This document shows, in pieces, positions 9,684-17,995 of a stretch of DNA of 42,622 bases. Positions within the stretch are counted from its first letter, which is position 1, and each line of letters opens with the position of its first letter. Under the pieces are notes generated by a model. It saw only the letters and a list, made by a program, of their open reading frames with translations, was not told the DNA's origin and did no database searches. A program made the translations under genes and the position numbers. The stretch comes from a virus (Duplodnaviria > Caudoviricetes): IMG/VR virus record IMGVR_UViG_3300020042_012373, positions 1-42,622 of that record. One strand, 5' to 3'.

Positions 9684-10089
9684 CCTCCTTTACCCCCCCT
9701 TTTTGAAGCTTATGGAAGCTGGGTTAGAGCGGTGTCGAAAAGCTGGGTTTGAGATGTATCCCTTTGAGACCTACCGAAGCATAGCCAGGCAGTTTAACTT
9801 GTATACTCAAGGGCGCACGACCCCCGGGGCTATCGTCACCTACTCGAAGCCTGGAGATTCATGGCACCACTACGGCGTGGCTATGGACATTGCACTCAAG
9901 AAGGACGGCAAGTGGAGTTGGGATTTTGACCCGAAGAAAATCTCGGAGTTTTTCCCGGAATTGAAATGGGGAGGGGTGAAGGATGGGCCACACTATAATC
10001 TAGCAAAACTCCCTCCACTTGAGACCGTGAAATCACTGGTCAATGAAGGGGGTATTTTGGGCTTTTGGTCATTCCTAGATCAAGGCTGA
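9661..10089 (+). CDS. Endolysin, M15 family Zn peptidase (L-Ala-D-Glu peptidase-like)
   Basis: ETYRS..RQ..LY.QGRT.PG.IVT, SWHHYGVAMD, WGG..DGPH motifs; ORF track 9643, likely ATG 9661. Confidence 0.9.
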   Translation: MKRYTSSNLLYPPFLKLMEAGLERCRKAGFEMYPFETYRSIARQFNLYTQGRTTPGAIVTYSKPGDSWHHYGVAMDIALKKDGKWSWDFDPKKISEFFPELKWGGVKDGPHYNLAKLPPLETVKSLVNEGGILGFWSFLDQG

Positions 10090-10685
10090 TGCTGGGCTAG
10101 GAAACCGCTTACAAGGACGCTGAGGCCCGAATCTGCAGGCTTCCCGTGGCATACTTGCGCGAGGGTCCTGTAGAGTGTTTCAGGGACTAGGGGGAACTGG
10201 GATTTGAGCATGGCTTTAAACGTGGTCTTATGGGCCTCGTTATTCATGTCAAACCGCTCAGGTCCAGGAGGGGGTCGCGAGACACTGGGGTCCCTGGAAG
10301 CTAGGTTCCCGTCATCGTCGTCGTCGGGGACAATCCCGAGGATAGCCATAAGCGAATACCGGCGACCGTAGGTGATACAGGATCCTAGGGTCTGGGGCTT
10401 TTGATCGATGGGAAACATCGTAAGGGTCGATTCAATCCACTGACCACTGGTATGGATCAGCCGGGTATTGATCTTCGTCGCCTTATCTTCTCCAGGTTCG
10501 AAGGCCTGCACGACTGCCAGGCCATTGCGGGATATCGGTCCTTGCGCTGCCAACCACGCGCTCGCAAGGTCAGCATACTTAGACTTGAAATGGGGGTTTG
10601 TCGAATCTTTTGAAGCTGGGGACATTTCCCCTTGGGCCTTAGCCAATGCAGCGGCTAGTAGGTCAATACTCTCGGATGTTTTCAT
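10080..10685 (-). CDS. erf: ERF-family single-strand annealing protein
   Basis: ALAKAQGEM..KDSTNPHFKSKYADL, TRLIHTSGQWI, GSCITYGRRYSLMAILGI..DDDDG. Confidence 0.93.
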   Translation of the reverse strand: MKTSESIDLLAAALAKAQGEMSPASKDSTNPHFKSKYADLASAWLAAQGPISRNGLAVVQAFEPGEDKATKINTRLIHTSGQWIESTLTMFPIDQKPQTLGSCITYGRRYSLMAILGIVPDDDDDGNLASRDPSVSRPPPGPERFDMNNEAHKTTFKAMLKSQFPLVPETLYRTLAQVCHGKPADSGLSVLVSGFLAQHQP

Positions 10686-11164
10686 GGAATCCTCATGGTA
10701 AACTTAGGTCTAAAACCGGTTTCTATTTTGGCAATTTGTTTAATCTTTTCGTCGTCGATGTGATTTTTTAGATACTCTTTTTCCCATGCGTAATCGATTT
10801 TCATGCGAACAGCATCGGAATTCTCAATGTAATCTTCAGTAGTAGGGGGGCGAGTGGTGACGACCCTCGGGGGGTTTTTGACAAGCTTCACATGCCAATT
10901 GTGCCCTGCAGCCATTTCGGATTGTGCGCTTTGCATCGACTGAACTATAAAATTTTTCAAATGTTCATGGTTTTTTTGAAGCCTTTTCTTTCGTCCTTCT
11001 ATTTCTACGAGCATGAAATCAAGGTGGGTCACCTCATGCTCTAGCTTGTCCAAGACGTATTTGATACTATCAACCTTATCCATTACATTTTCACCCAATT
11101 CGATATCGGCTTCCAAGGCTTCATCTGATACCTTTAGCGCCTGTAACATGTCACTGAAGTTCAT
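10682..11164 (-). CDS. Siphovirus Gp157-like (Mu Gam-like) protein
   Basis: DKVDSI..coiled coil..RKKRLQ..LKNFI..SM..KNPPRV; adjacent to erf, the usual context. Confidence 0.8.
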   Translation of the reverse strand: MNFSDMLQALKVSDEALEADIELGENVMDKVDSIKYVLDKLEHEVTHLDFMLVEIEGRKKRLQKNHEHLKNFIVQSMQSAQSEMAAGHNWHVKLVKNPPRVVTTRPPTTEDYIENSDAVRMKIDYAWEKEYLKNHIDDEKIKQIAKIETGFRPKFTMRIP

Positions 11165-11239
11165 GGTTTTCCCTTAATTGAGTACACAACCAATTGTGTG
11201 GGGCTTGTTTTTAACACACACGGAAAGGTTTTGCAACCC

Positions 11240-11698
11240 GTGAGATACGCCATAATATTCGCTTGTTTTTGTGCTCTTATCGGAGTCGCGGCCCCGCTTA
11301 TCGTCGAACGTATTATTATTAAATTCCCCTATGACGATCATGTTCACAAAGAGATATTTAATGATTTAGCGGTTCTTAGGTATTCCGGTAAACTAAGAGA
11401 ATTAACTCCTGATATCAGGTTAGAATGCGCGGCTCAGAGTCATGCCAATGATATCATGTTAAGAAGATCATGCACGACGATTGGTCAAGATGGCTCAACC
11501 CCAAGACTAAAGCTGGAAGGCTGTGGGCTTAACGACTTTCACGAAGTAGCGGCCCTGGTCATATGCAACCAAGAATGGGATATGGGCAAGATGCTTGATA
11601 AATTCCCTGATCACCAACAAATCCTCAAAATGCCGGAGTGGAAATATATTGGAATTGGGGTAAGAGAGACATACTATGTTATTTATTTAACGTATTAA
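11240..11698 (+). CDS. Membrane-anchored divergent CAP (SCP) domain protein
   Basis: ORF track 11198; likely GTG 11240; N-terminal hydrophobic helix; LECAAQSHANDI, GQDGST, HQQIL..WKYIGIG. Confidence 0.75.
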   Translation: MRYAIIFACFCALIGVAAPLIVERIIIKFPYDDHVHKEIFNDLAVLRYSGKLRELTPDIRLECAAQSHANDIMLRRSCTTIGQDGSTPRLKLEGCGLNDFHEVAALVICNQEWDMGKMLDKFPDHQQILKMPEWKYIGIGVRETYYVIYLTY

Positions 11699-11711
11699 AA
11701 AAGGATATTAA

Positions 11712-12161
11712 ATGAACAAGCTACTGTTAACAATTATGTTACTGATTTCGACTCGAGCATTCGGCCAAGGAACCCCAGCCTATCCTATCCCCGCGACTCC
11801 AGAATCAGCCGGTAAGTCTCTCGTCGACTTTATCAATCTTGAGCGCCACAAAACTGGGCTGAGCGTTCTCCAGTATTCGGATCAACTCACCTGCGCCGCA
11901 AGCCTACAAGCCGCTCACCTGGCCTATCTTGACCTATGCACTCACTACAATGCACGATTTGGAACCTTCCCCCAAAGAGCCTCTTTGTGCGGTGGGAAAG
12001 CCACTGGAGAGGTGATTGCTTGCGGTCAAAAGGACTTCATGAAAGCCGTTGAGACCTGGCTCGATAGTCTCCCCCACCGAGCTATCATTTTGGATCCCAA
12101 AGCGACCACGATAGGCGCTGCAGCATTAGGGGGTAAATGGGTAGTTGTGGTGAAAAAATGA
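11712..12161 (+). CDS. Secreted CAP (SCP) domain protein
   Basis: Signal peptide; INLER..GL..L....LTCAA, GEVIACG, AVETWLDSLPHRAIIL. Confidence 0.88.
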   Translation: MNKLLLTIMLLISTRAFGQGTPAYPIPATPESAGKSLVDFINLERHKTGLSVLQYSDQLTCAASLQAAHLAYLDLCTHYNARFGTFPQRASLCGGKATGEVIACGQKDFMKAVETWLDSLPHRAIILDPKATTIGAAALGGKWVVVVKK

Positions 12162-12433
12162 AAGAATATTTACTCGAAGTCAAACTCCCATATCAAAAAC
12201 CGCAAAATATACTTGTTAAGCAAATGCACAACGGTATATATAGGCTTGCGCTTTTAGATAGGTTTGACCGAGTTGAGTATTTGAATGGAGAATACGTGGG
12301 ATTTGATGTGATCGTATTTTCCACCTGCCGCTACCCTCGAGTCGTACGACTTGTCGCCAAAACCGACTGGAGCGAAGTGATATTTAAGAATTTTGAAGGA
12401 CAATTCGTGGACGTTGAGGTCAAGGTTTTATGA
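12158..12433 (+). CDS. Hypothetical protein
   Basis: ORF track 12137; ATGA overlap at 12158. Confidence 0.6.
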   Translation: MKEYLLEVKLPYQKPQNILVKQMHNGIYRLALLDRFDRVEYLNGEYVGFDVIVFSTCRYPRVVRLVAKTDWSEVIFKNFEGQFVDVEVKVL

Positions 12434-12522
12434 GGACCGATGAAGTACTGGCCGGTGTGGTCTTAGCAATCACTGGAATGTTATGGGTGATTTGGATCGT
12501 CCGATTCTTGCTTAACCTTTGA
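12430..12522 (+). CDS. 30-aa single-TM micro-protein (not in ORF track)
   Basis: MRTDEVLAGVVLAITGMLWVIWIVRFLLNL; ATGA overlap with upstream stop. Confidence 0.55.
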   Translation: MRTDEVLAGVVLAITGMLWVIWIVRFLLNL

Positions 12523-12576
12523 ACCCAGGTTAAAATCAAAAGAAACAAATCTTCTTTTGGAAAGGGTCGATCCATC

Positions 12577-12720
12577 ATGCTTATAGATCTTAAGCTTATT
12601 GCTATGCACTCAGGATGTGTCCTTTGCCTTCTCGCAAAAATCATCCTCACCCCAATCGTCAAACTCGCCACGTATGTCGAAGGAAAGGTCGCTACCAAAA
12701 AACTTGAGACCGTGAAATGA
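12577..12720 (+). CDS. 47-aa hydrophobic micro-protein (not in ORF track)
   Basis: MLIDLKLIAMHSGCVLCLLAKIILTPIVKLATYVEGKVATKKLETVK; AAGGG upstream; stop overlaps ATG 12717. Confidence 0.5.
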   Translation: MLIDLKLIAMHSGCVLCLLAKIILTPIVKLATYVEGKVATKKLETVK

Positions 12721-12947
12721 AGGCATTTTTGGCCTTTTGTGTTGTGGTCCTTTTAGCGTGGGCCTGGCTAAGTGCGTACTATGGGCTAAAACAGTTTGAA
12801 TACATCCCCTTCCTTGGCAACATGCAATATTTTTGCTCCAGGTCTGGGGTGGAATACCTCTACTTTGACAAGGCCGAGACAGTTGCCTTACACGTCGATA
12901 AGTCAGGGAAACCCATTGATTGTGATTCAAATGGAGTTAGCCTATGA
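12717..12947 (+). CDS. Small membrane-anchored protein (DUF6440-like C-terminus)
   Basis: N-terminal TM; C...GVEYL......VDKSGKPIDC. Confidence 0.55.
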   Translation: MKAFLAFCVVVLLAWAWLSAYYGLKQFEYIPFLGNMQYFCSRSGVEYLYFDKAETVALHVDKSGKPIDCDSNGVSL

Positions 12948-13249
12948 AGCCTTGGCAGTCCACACATCCCGCAAAAATCGTCATGATCATAAGCTCCCAC
13001 GAAATCCTATTCGATATCAATCTCGGATGGGGTATCACCATGCGCCAAGCGATCGGGCTGGAATACAAGCAAGACTTTGACGCCAGCCAAAGGGTGTTCA
13101 TCAAACGAAGACTGGAAAACATGCTTTCTAACGTAAAGGACGTGATGATTGACATGTATTGGGATGATGGGGAAGTGCCATTTTGCGACATTCTAGTGGG
13201 TGGGGAAGATATCATCGACTTGATTGAGCGCGCCCTTCCCTCTGCCTAA
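12944..13249 (+). CDS. Degenerate thermonuclease (SNase)-like protein
   Basis: AKIVMIISSHEILFDINLGWG resembles the phage SNase pattern AKVVRVxDGDTxxxDIDLGF. Confidence 0.5.
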   Translation: MKPWQSTHPAKIVMIISSHEILFDINLGWGITMRQAIGLEYKQDFDASQRVFIKRRLENMLSNVKDVMIDMYWDDGEVPFCDILVGGEDIIDLIERALPSA

Positions 13250-13412
13250 GCCACCTTTTGTCTACTCTCTTCCCAAGCTTTTGCAGGTGTTCATAATACT
13301 CGTCGACCGACTCAAAGCATTCAAAGACACCCGTGTCGATGCGCCTTACAATTTTAGCTTTTGGCCATTTCTCAATAGCCTCAACTCGATTAGCTGCTTT
13401 TATTATTTTCAC
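13212..13412 (-). CDS. Hypothetical protein
   Basis: 66-aa ORF overlapping the ruvC 3' end on the same strand. Confidence 0.55.
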   Translation of the reverse strand: MKIIKAANRVEAIEKWPKAKIVRRIDTGVFECFESVDEYYEHLQKLGKRVDKRWLRQREGRAQSSR

Positions 13413-13857
13413 AAAGATACCCGTAGTATGCGATTAATGCCGCGTCCACTATCCCGTCATGGGGGACGCGACAACGTTCGGAAGCCCTCCAATCTTCGGT
13501 GGGCCATAGCTGACGCGCTACATATAGACTAGTTGTCTTGGGATTGTCAAACGTGGTAGCACTTTTTTTGTGTAGTAGCTTCGTCCAGACAGCCGGTGGG
13601 ACGAAATTGATATCAAAACCACAACCATTTAGGGTCCCCAGCATATACCCGTAAGCTTGGCCATAGTTAAACATAGCCCGTCCACTTTCTCTCCCCATCA
13701 CCTGAGCCTTTTCGACCCAGACGATCTTCACACCAAAAGTCTGTAAGTGAATCCTCGGTATCACTTGCGACAAAAGATGTTTCTGGTAAATTTGCCCGTC
13801 TTTCAAAAGGACTATGGCTCCAGACTTTCCTGGATCTATACCAGCTATGATTGACAT
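13390..13857 (-). CDS. ruvC: RuvC-like Holliday junction resolvase
   Basis: IAGIDPGKSGAI, VWVEKAQ, MFNYGQAYG, VPPAVW, HDGIVDAALIAYY. Confidence 0.92.
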   Translation of the reverse strand: MSIIAGIDPGKSGAIVLLKDGQIYQKHLLSQVIPRIHLQTFGVKIVWVEKAQVMGRESGRAMFNYGQAYGYMLGTLNGCGFDINFVPPAVWTKLLHKKSATTFDNPKTTSLYVARQLWPTEDWRASERCRVPHDGIVDAALIAYYGYLCENNKSS

Positions 13858-13893
13858 GGGCCCTCTTTTGCATATAGATATATGTTTTGATTA

Positions 13894-14745
13894 ATGAGGA
13901 TCTTAATTGTGATATCGGCAAATTGCAAGATAAAAGGTATCAATAATAGTCCCAAAGGATTTGCCCCAGAACACTACAACAATGCGGCCGAGCTTTGGAG
14001 TGTGATCAGTGTCCATACCTATTCTCCAATCATATATAAAAATGATTATAGAACCGGGGACAATTTTCTCTACAGCGATTTGTGTGTCTTAGATATTGAT
14101 AATGATAAAAGCATTTACTCTCTTGAAGATTGCAAACGCGACTTTGGGGACTGCACGATACTCGTCGGCTCAACTCGCAGTCATATGGTCGACAAGCATG
14201 GGGTCATTGCCCCTAGGTTTCGCATCCTCATCCCGTGGGAGACAAGGATTCGGTGCCCCTACACCTACAAGGCTAGTATCGAATATGCTCAAGGGCTTTG
14301 CGGGGAGGGGGTAGACACGTCGACAAAGGATCTAGCCCGAATGTTCTACCCCTGTAAGGAGCTCCTATTCGCCTCGGGACCTGGAGAGAAGATGCCGGTC
14401 ATGAAGCTAAAGCCTGAGGTGATCAAGGCCCAGATTCAACACGACAACACCAAAAGTGTCGCGTCGGCCAATAGCCCAATTCCGCAACACATTAAGGATT
14501 TCTTAAGGATAGGTAAAGTATTTGGGGGGTCAAGGAATAGATCTATTTACACCACAGCCCGGACTCTGTTAGAAAAGGGGCTCACTATTACAGAAATTGA
14601 AGCGGAAATTGCAAAAGCTCCGTTTGATCGGCGCGGATTTTTTTATCATGAGATTAAAACAGCTCTTAAAAGCGCGGAAAAAAAAGAGAGGCGGGTCCTT
14701 GAAACCCAACCTCCCCTTGCTTCCCAAGCTCAACAAGACATTTAA
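13894..14745 (+). CDS. Archaeo-eukaryotic primase (AEP) domain protein with PriCT-like C-terminus
   Basis: LDIDN (motif I), STRSH (motif II), RFRILIP, D.STKDLARMFYP, GSRNRSI..EIKTALKSA. Confidence 0.82.
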   Translation: MRILIVISANCKIKGINNSPKGFAPEHYNNAAELWSVISVHTYSPIIYKNDYRTGDNFLYSDLCVLDIDNDKSIYSLEDCKRDFGDCTILVGSTRSHMVDKHGVIAPRFRILIPWETRIRCPYTYKASIEYAQGLCGEGVDTSTKDLARMFYPCKELLFASGPGEKMPVMKLKPEVIKAQIQHDNTKSVASANSPIPQHIKDFLRIGKVFGGSRNRSIYTTARTLLEKGLTITEIEAEIAKAPFDRRGFFYHEIKTALKSAEKKERRVLETQPPLASQAQQDI

Positions 14746-14837
14746 TTTCTGCCTGAGAATGCCCCGCCCGAAACCGTCAATCTAAGCAAGGAATCCCACC
14801 CTTGCTTGATCTACTTTAACCCCCAAGGAGTAAACCC

Positions 14838-16436
14838 TTGAAAGAAAAAGATACGCAGAATGTAACTGATTTAGGCAAAAAAAGACAAGAGAAAGTTGAT
14901 AAAAAAGCAAAGGAACAGCCAGAACTACCTGCGCTTCGGAACTATATCGAGATACCAAACGAAGGGGGTAGACGGCCCAGCTATATCCCTCGGACTTTGG
15001 CGTCCATGCTAAAGGAATTTGGGGAAAGATTCCCAGATATGGTGAGTTACACCAATCGTCTTTGTCATGTAATCCCTCACAAAGACCGCGAGAACTGGCG
15101 TGAGATAAGGTTTATTGAAGAACCAGCCGAACTAGAAGCTGAGATTAATGAACAGAATCTTTTTGTGGATTTTAAAAGCAGGGAGATGGCTTTTAGTGTG
15201 AAGTTTAAGCCATTCTTTATAGCCGTTAAAAACAACTCTCGGTATGTTAAAGTTATAAGCGACTACCCCACCTGGCCAATACAGCCAGGCCAAATGATAT
15301 TAAGTCCCCCGATCGAGCCGGCTCAAACTGGAGCTCTGGACGCATTTATAGACTTCTTTAACCCCCTTACGGACAATGACCGGTTACTGATGAAGGCCCT
15401 GGTTGTGACTGTGGCCTGGAGCAATGGCCAAGGCAAGCGACCTATGTTCGTGATTGCTGGTCCTCACGACGCCGACAAGACGATTCAAATCGGCAAGTCG
15501 ACTTTTGCGATCATGGTGCAAACCCTGTTCGAAAGTATCTGTGATGTAAGGATTGAGAAAAGCACCCCGGGTCGGATTGTCACGGACATTATGGCAAACG
15601 CGCACAAACGCATCATAAGGCTGGACAATGCTAGGGGTGTCTTCGACAGCGCACTACTGGAACAGTATGTAACCTCACCGTATTTCCAGGGTCATGACCA
15701 CGGGAAAGGTAACAAGCAGGTGGAAAATCATACCACTTTCATCCTGACAGCTAACGACCCCAACCTAACGGTCGACCTGGCTAGTCGGTCTGTGGTGATC
15801 AGACTTGGCATTCCTGAGCCAGGGAATGTCTGGCTAGAGGATAACGTCTATTCTTGGATTGAAACGAAAAGAGCCGATGTTCTGGCCGACTGTGCCTATA
15901 TCCTGACGCAAGACCAGATTGCCGACAATCGCCTATGTGCGACAAGGTTCCCTAGTTGGGAAAGGACGATCCTCCATAAGATGGGGGAGGATATCGGCGA
16001 TAGTATCAAGATTGACCAAGAGAGGCTTCAGGATAGGAGTGAAGAGCATGAAGCTTTTAAAGAATATGTATACAGTAATATAATAAGCTATAAAGCCTAT
16101 AGCCCTAGTAACGAAAACAATCCTTACCATGAAGATATATTATCACCAGAAAGATTTAATATATTCATATCGTCACATATCATGAGTCAATGGTACTTTG
16201 ATTTTAAAGGATACAAGTTTAATACAAACAAAGGGGCTCACGGAAAAATTATCAAAAAATTGTGCTGTGCAGTCGGGATGATCGCAGTCGAAGGTAAAAT
16301 CAGAATTGATCATGCAATTCTTCGTGGCTTTTGGTGGTCAGAATTAAGACCAAAAGACGCGAGCTATGGTATCATCCGCAAACGGAATGTAGATGCCTAT
16401 GCGTCTTTTATGCCTGGTAAATACTTAACTAGATAA
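14838..16436 (+). CDS. Replicative helicase/ATPase (SF3/AAA+-like)
   Basis: GKST Walker A, IIRLDN Walker B, FILTAN motif C, DLASRS arginine finger; AAGGAG then TTG start; follows the primase. Confidence 0.78.
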   Translation: MKEKDTQNVTDLGKKRQEKVDKKAKEQPELPALRNYIEIPNEGGRRPSYIPRTLASMLKEFGERFPDMVSYTNRLCHVIPHKDRENWREIRFIEEPAELEAEINEQNLFVDFKSREMAFSVKFKPFFIAVKNNSRYVKVISDYPTWPIQPGQMILSPPIEPAQTGALDAFIDFFNPLTDNDRLLMKALVVTVAWSNGQGKRPMFVIAGPHDADKTIQIGKSTFAIMVQTLFESICDVRIEKSTPGRIVTDIMANAHKRIIRLDNARGVFDSALLEQYVTSPYFQGHDHGKGNKQVENHTTFILTANDPNLTVDLASRSVVIRLGIPEPGNVWLEDNVYSWIETKRADVLADCAYILTQDQIADNRLCATRFPSWERTILHKMGEDIGDSIKIDQERLQDRSEEHEAFKEYVYSNIISYKAYSPSNENNPYHEDILSPERFNIFISSHIMSQWYFDFKGYKFNTNKGAHGKIIKKLCCAVGMIAVEGKIRIDHAILRGFWWSELRPKDASYGIIRKRNVDAYASFMPGKYLTR

Positions 16437-16479
16437 TATTACAGTATAACGTGGATACAGCAATAGTACAGAGCAAAAT

Positions 16480-16775
16480 GTACCATTACTGTACCATTAC
16501 GTACCATTAGAGTACCATTACAAATATTCAATGATATTGGGCTTGTACCGTCTGTACCGGAAAGTACCGGCATTCTCTTAGAGAGCTGAGGTGACGCATT
16601 CTCTCTAGGTCTCTATATATATATTTATTATTATATATTCTTATATTCTAATGGTACTAATGGTACTAATGGTACTATAATATATAAGTATATAAGAATA
16701 AAGAGAAATTGGACTGTACCATTATACAAAAAAAGGTTTAGCCTGTAACGGTACATTCTGTTACATTAATGGTAC
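16480..16775. repeat. Putative replication origin: GTACCATTA iterons and AT-rich core
   Basis: GTACCATTA forward at 16480, 16491, 16501, 16512, 16716; reverse (TAATGGTAC) at 16649, 16658, 16667, 16767; GTACCG variants at 16545, 16554, 16564; AT-rich 16614-16700; directly after the helicase. Confidence 0.85.
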
Positions 16776-16847
16776 AAACAACCCTAGCGAAAAACTCCAA
16801 AAACATGCTATTTTCCCGATGAATAGTGTTAAAAATGGGAGTTTAGA

Positions 16848-17042
16848 ATGTCTTCTTGGATCAAATGTATGGATATCGATAGCAGCGAAAGTTGGGTCAA
16901 ATTGAGTGAGATTGAAATGGTCAAACAACATGCCGATGGGGCTCAGATAATCACAAAAAGCGGCGCAAAAATAGTTACTAAGGGAAAAGCTAAAGATGTA
17001 GTCGAAGAAATTTTTTTTGTTGAGAACGGAGGTCGTAGATGA
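16848..17042 (+). CDS. FlbD-like small protein
   Basis: WIK...WVKLSEIEMV....AQIITKSGAKIVTK....VVEEI pattern; GGGAG RBS. Confidence 0.55.
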   Translation: MSSWIKCMDIDSSESWVKLSEIEMVKQHADGAQIITKSGAKIVTKGKAKDVVEEIFFVENGGRR

Positions 17043-17221
17043 AAATGGTTAGATTTACGTTTGAAGGTGGCAAATCAGTTTGGATAAATCCAAAGAAAAT
17101 CACATGGGTGAGAGCAGATGAAAATGGCAATACAGAAATTTGGGTAGATACCGAGGAGCCATTTGCCGTCGATGAGTCGGTGCTCGATGTTATTACAATG
17201 TTAGACCAACAAGGTGGATGA
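17039..17221 (+). CDS. FlbD-like small protein
   Basis: MVRFT..GKSVWINPKKI..V......TEI......FAVDESVLDVI closely follows the FlbD/SwrD pattern. Confidence 0.65.
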   Translation: MKMVRFTFEGGKSVWINPKKITWVRADENGNTEIWVDTEEPFAVDESVLDVITMLDQQGG

Positions 17222-17227
17222 TAAGGA

Positions 17228-17437
17228 ATGATATTTGTAGAATTTCCCCAAAGAACTTACTTAGGTTACGTCACCAAAAGGTTCATCAAACTCGAGGATA
17301 TCCAGACCGTAGGTCTCCACGCGAGTGGCACAGAGATAACACTGGAAGGCGGTTACAGCTTTGTAACAACTCGCCCCATCCTGGAAGTTATGGCAGCTAT
17401 TGAAAATGCTAGGATCACACAGGAGAGTCTGATATGA
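17228..17437 (+). CDS. FlbD-like small protein
   Basis: FIKLEDIQTV....TEITLEGGYSFVTTRPILEVMAAI. Confidence 0.55.
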   Translation: MIFVEFPQRTYLGYVTKRFIKLEDIQTVGLHASGTEITLEGGYSFVTTRPILEVMAAIENARITQESLI

Positions 17438-17459
17438 TTGGCAAAAACATGGAGCGTCA

Positions 17460-17723
17460 ATGGAAGTTGCTAAATCACGTGGAAACCCGAGAGGGTGGAA
17501 ACCAATCAAGACCCCTCACATCCCAGTGGCGGGATTCGTCTATAGAGTCGTGAGTGATGGGACAACCGTTTTGATACAGAAAAAAGCCTATAAAAACGAG
17601 TTCCCTTTTAGGACAAAAGTCCGTTTGCCCCTAGATGCGTGGAACGAGCTCGAAGCCTCCATCACTGGAAAAACAGACTATGAGGCCGCCCGAGTGCTCG
17701 CGCAGTTGGTGAAGGCACAATGA
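17460..17723 (+). CDS. Hypothetical protein
   Basis: 87-aa basic ORF, GGAG upstream, ATGA overlap with the next gene. Confidence 0.55.
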   Translation: MEVAKSRGNPRGWKPIKTPHIPVAGFVYRVVSDGTTVLIQKKAYKNEFPFRTKVRLPLDAWNELEASITGKTDYEAARVLAQLVKAQ

Positions 17724-17974
17724 CCTCGATCTTCTTTATATCGGGATTCTCAATCGCAATGTCGTTTATGACACTAGCGGTTGTTATCATATTTTTTAAG
17801 TACGTTGTTACAAAGTTAACGAAGAATGAGTTAGAGTATAATAAAATCATTTTGGATTCTAAAGAAACTTTGAAGCAAGCGAGTGAGATCAATCAAGCTC
17901 TTGCGATGAAGGTAGAAATTATCGAGGACGCTGTAAAAAGTCTTGACTTTTACCGCAATCAAGGGAAAAAGTAA
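17720..17974 (+). CDS. Single-TM coiled-coil protein
   Basis: N-terminal hydrophobic helix followed by a heptad-like helix. Confidence 0.6.
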   Translation: MTSIFFISGFSIAMSFMTLAVVIIFFKYVVTKLTKNELEYNKIILDSKETLKQASEINQALAMKVEIIEDAVKSLDFYRNQGKK

Positions 17975-17995
17975 TACTCCAAAAAAATCAAAGGG

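Noticed and set aside
12420-12930. Minus-strand ORFs 12420..12698 and 12610..12930
   Set aside because: The plus strand is tiled by ATGA-coupled small ORFs (12430, 12577, 12717) that fit the operon better.
14597-14837. Programmed frameshift fusing primase and helicase
   Set aside because: The alternative-frame ORF stops at 14785, and the helicase has its own AAGGAG plus TTG start.
16480-16775. CRISPR array
   Set aside because: Repeats are 9 bp, in both orientations, without spacer-length unique sequences, and no cas genes are present; iterons fit better.
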